Assembly (NCBI RefSeq): GCF_902459465.1
Contig: NC_047073.1
Location: 2,604,001-2,668,000 of the forward strand
Direction of reading: 5' to 3'
From: Asterias rubens
Lineage: Eukaryota
Length of the DNA: 64,000 nucleotides
Shown: positions 62,011-64,000 of the stretch, in pieces
Numbering within the stretch: position 1 is the first letter of the stretch
Layout: the number at the start of each line of letters is the position of its first letter
The notes under the pieces: model-generated
What the model saw: only the letters and a program-made list of their open reading frames with translations
What the model was told of the DNA's origin: nothing
The model's database searches: none
Made by a program: the position numbers and the translations under genes

Positions 62011-62171
62011 TAGGCCTGTATGCTTCGTTTTTGAAAGGGCAAGGGCATCAAGGCATTTTCTTCTTGGTAAAAGGCACCCTAAAAGGACATTGTACATTGT
62101 AAGGGCACCATGACAATGACCAGGGGGCATGGAGGCAATCGCCTCCGTTGCCTCCGTGATTATCAGGCCTG
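62011..62171 (+). mobile_element. Diverged copy of the CAGG...CCTG MITE
   Basis: Flanks cttcat/ctgcat (5 of 6 match). Further decayed copies lie near 31108-31281 and 63067-63201. Confidence 0.7.
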
Positions 62172-63393
62172 CTGCATGGTTTAAAGATAGTAAAAACGCA
62201 TGGTGGGAAATTCCCATTGAAAATGTTTTGCTTGCAATGCAATACTTTTTGGAAATCAAAGCCTGGAATAAAAAAAAGCCTATACTTGCTTTATCAACCA
62301 AGCTCTTGTTTTGGCAATGTGTTTATCAAATGAAGTCAGTTATGGTAGATTAGACACTCACAGTATGTGGGAGAATAAAATTACAAGCATGGCGCAAAGT
62401 TTTTATTGGGTTAACAAGACCTTAACCAGTCAACTCAGTAGCTCAACCACTGGGGGACTAACCCGCCCCCCCCCCTCTTCCTCAAAACTCCCCAGACTTG
62501 TTTACGTTGACATTGACTTGGATATGTATGACGTACATTAACATATGGTTTGTTCAATTGAGTTACGCTAGACCATTTCGACTCCCTGGCTAGACTTTGC
62601 CAATGGGCAAAAGGCATCCAACCCTGTAAGTTGCAGATGCTTTTAAAAACATATGAATTTCATTTATTAAACAGAATGTATCCATGGTGTTATCGTTAAA
62701 GGGCCTCAACTTTTCAGTGTGCAAAATTTCTCAAAGCAAAGGTTATAGTGTGATGAATACAGTCTCTCACTGGCTCCTAGCTTTTGCTCATAGAAGATCC
62801 ATGTTAGGCTGTCATTGAAACAAATATATAAAAAAAAAAGTAAAATATTTACATACTGTGTAGTGTTCAAACATCGACTGGGTTAAATAAATTTCCTTGA
62901 AATCTTTAATATTCTAAAAATCTAAAATGACGCGCGAATGGTGATACGCACACCTGTATTTTCACATGCATTATTTCCTAAAATGCGAAACCACAGGCGG
63001 ACTGGTCACATGTGATGTCAGTGCAAGGGGTCTGTATAATGAATCTGATTCTTCACAGAGGCAAACTTGATACGTCATGGAGGTAACGGCTCCATGCCCC
63101 CTGGTCATTGCCTTAGTGCCCTTGAAATGCTACGGTGCCCTTTACCAAGGAGAAAATGCCTTGTATCCTTGCCCTTTCAAAAAACAAAGCATACAGGCCT
63201 GGTTTGATAAAACTATTGTAATATACAAAATTTCATTCGCATTGCAGGAATGGTGTACAACTTAGACAGCAGGTAAACGTTAACATCTCTACCACCCATG
63301 GATCGGGTTGAAGGTCAGAGCTGAGCTGTCTCTGATACCCAGCCAGTCAACTCCTGCCTCGTCCTCATCGAGGGCAGAGAGTAGTCGGTAAAC

Positions 63394-63516
63394 ATGGATA
63401 GCTGGCGACCCAACCCCAAGGCCCAGCCGTTCATTCCCAGAAGAAATCATGGCTTCAGCACCAGGGGGTATTTCTATCGAACAGCTACAAAGAAAATGGC
63501 ATCAAGGCTCTTCCAG
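63394..63516 (+). CDS. Probable first coding exon of a gene continuing beyond the window (MDSWRPNPKAQPFIP..., PAM2-like)
   Basis: ATG in good context (aaacATGg) with an in-frame upstream TAG at 63382. There are 41 open codons ending at CAG|gtgaag. An alternative ATG in another frame (MASAPGG...) cannot be excluded. Confidence 0.35.
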
Positions 63517-63560
63517 GTGAAGTACAATTTTTTCTTTGGGAAAGCCACAACTATCTAACA

Positions 63561-63846
63561 TTAAAGGCAGTGGACACTAATTGGTAATTACTCAAAATAA
63601 TTATTAGCATTCAGTTGCGAGATATTAATGAAAGAAAAAACACCCTGGTCACACAAAGTTGTGTGCTTTCAGATGCTTGATTTTGTGACCTCAAATTCTA
63701 AATCTGAGGTCTTGAAATCAAATTCGGGGAAAATTACTTCTCACATAGTTTTATACTATCAACCTTTCCCTATTACTCGTTACCTAGTGTCGTTTTATGC
63801 TAATAATTATTTTAAGCAATTACCAATTAGCGTCCACTGCCTTTAA
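63561..63846 (+). mobile_element. Internally deleted T2/Kolobok-type MITE
   Basis: ttaaAGGCAGTGGAC...GTCCACTGCCTttaa. Confidence 0.8.
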
Positions 63847-64000
63847 GCTTATAAATAGTGCATACTACAAAATTAATCTTACTTCAAAAACCAGTAATTA
63901 ATTGGTCAGGTGTACCTTCCAGTTTGACTGATTACTGATAAATCTATCGTCCAGTTTAAGAGACAAGTAACGTCTGTTGTACACAATACATCATGAACTC

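Noticed and set aside
1-64000. CRISPR arrays, rRNA genes, prokaryotic operons, intact transposases
   Set aside because: None seen; tandem arrays lack unique spacers and all identified genes are eukaryotic.

Overview
AT-rich, repeat-dense eukaryotic DNA with short GT-AG exons. It is an invertebrate deuterostome, probably an echinoderm such as a sea star (inference from gene content and repeat style; not verified by search). I reconstructed five complete protein-coding genes by hand, and every exon junction stays in frame: (1) a Tctex1-domain dynein light chain (+, intronless CDS, 220 aa); (2) RAD23 (-, 9 coding exons, 387 aa); (3) a ribonucleotide reductase small subunit (-, 8 coding exons, 512 aa) with a long SQ-rich N-terminal extension and one GC-AG intron; (4) iodotyrosine deiodinase (+, 3 exons, 286 aa), head-to-head with the RNR gene; (5) a 15-exon, 890-aa ROCO protein with the architecture Neuralized(NHR)-Roc-COR-Cys-rich-Death, whose G3 and G4 GTPase motifs are altered (WDFAGQ to KEISGH; THxD to SHRN). 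The first 11 kb contain no convincing CDS, but hold six homologous exon-like cassettes with splice signals. The cassettes I translated have stops in all three frames, suggesting a lncRNA built by exon duplication. A probable first coding exon with a PAM2-like motif lies near the right edge. The rest is TTAA-flanked MITEs, a 176-bp MITE with 6-bp TSDs, tRNA-derived SINEs, LINE 3' ends, foldback elements and two tandem-repeat arrays. The best candidates for new biology are the NHR-Roc-COR-Death protein, the non-coding exon array and the SQ-cluster RNR subunit.
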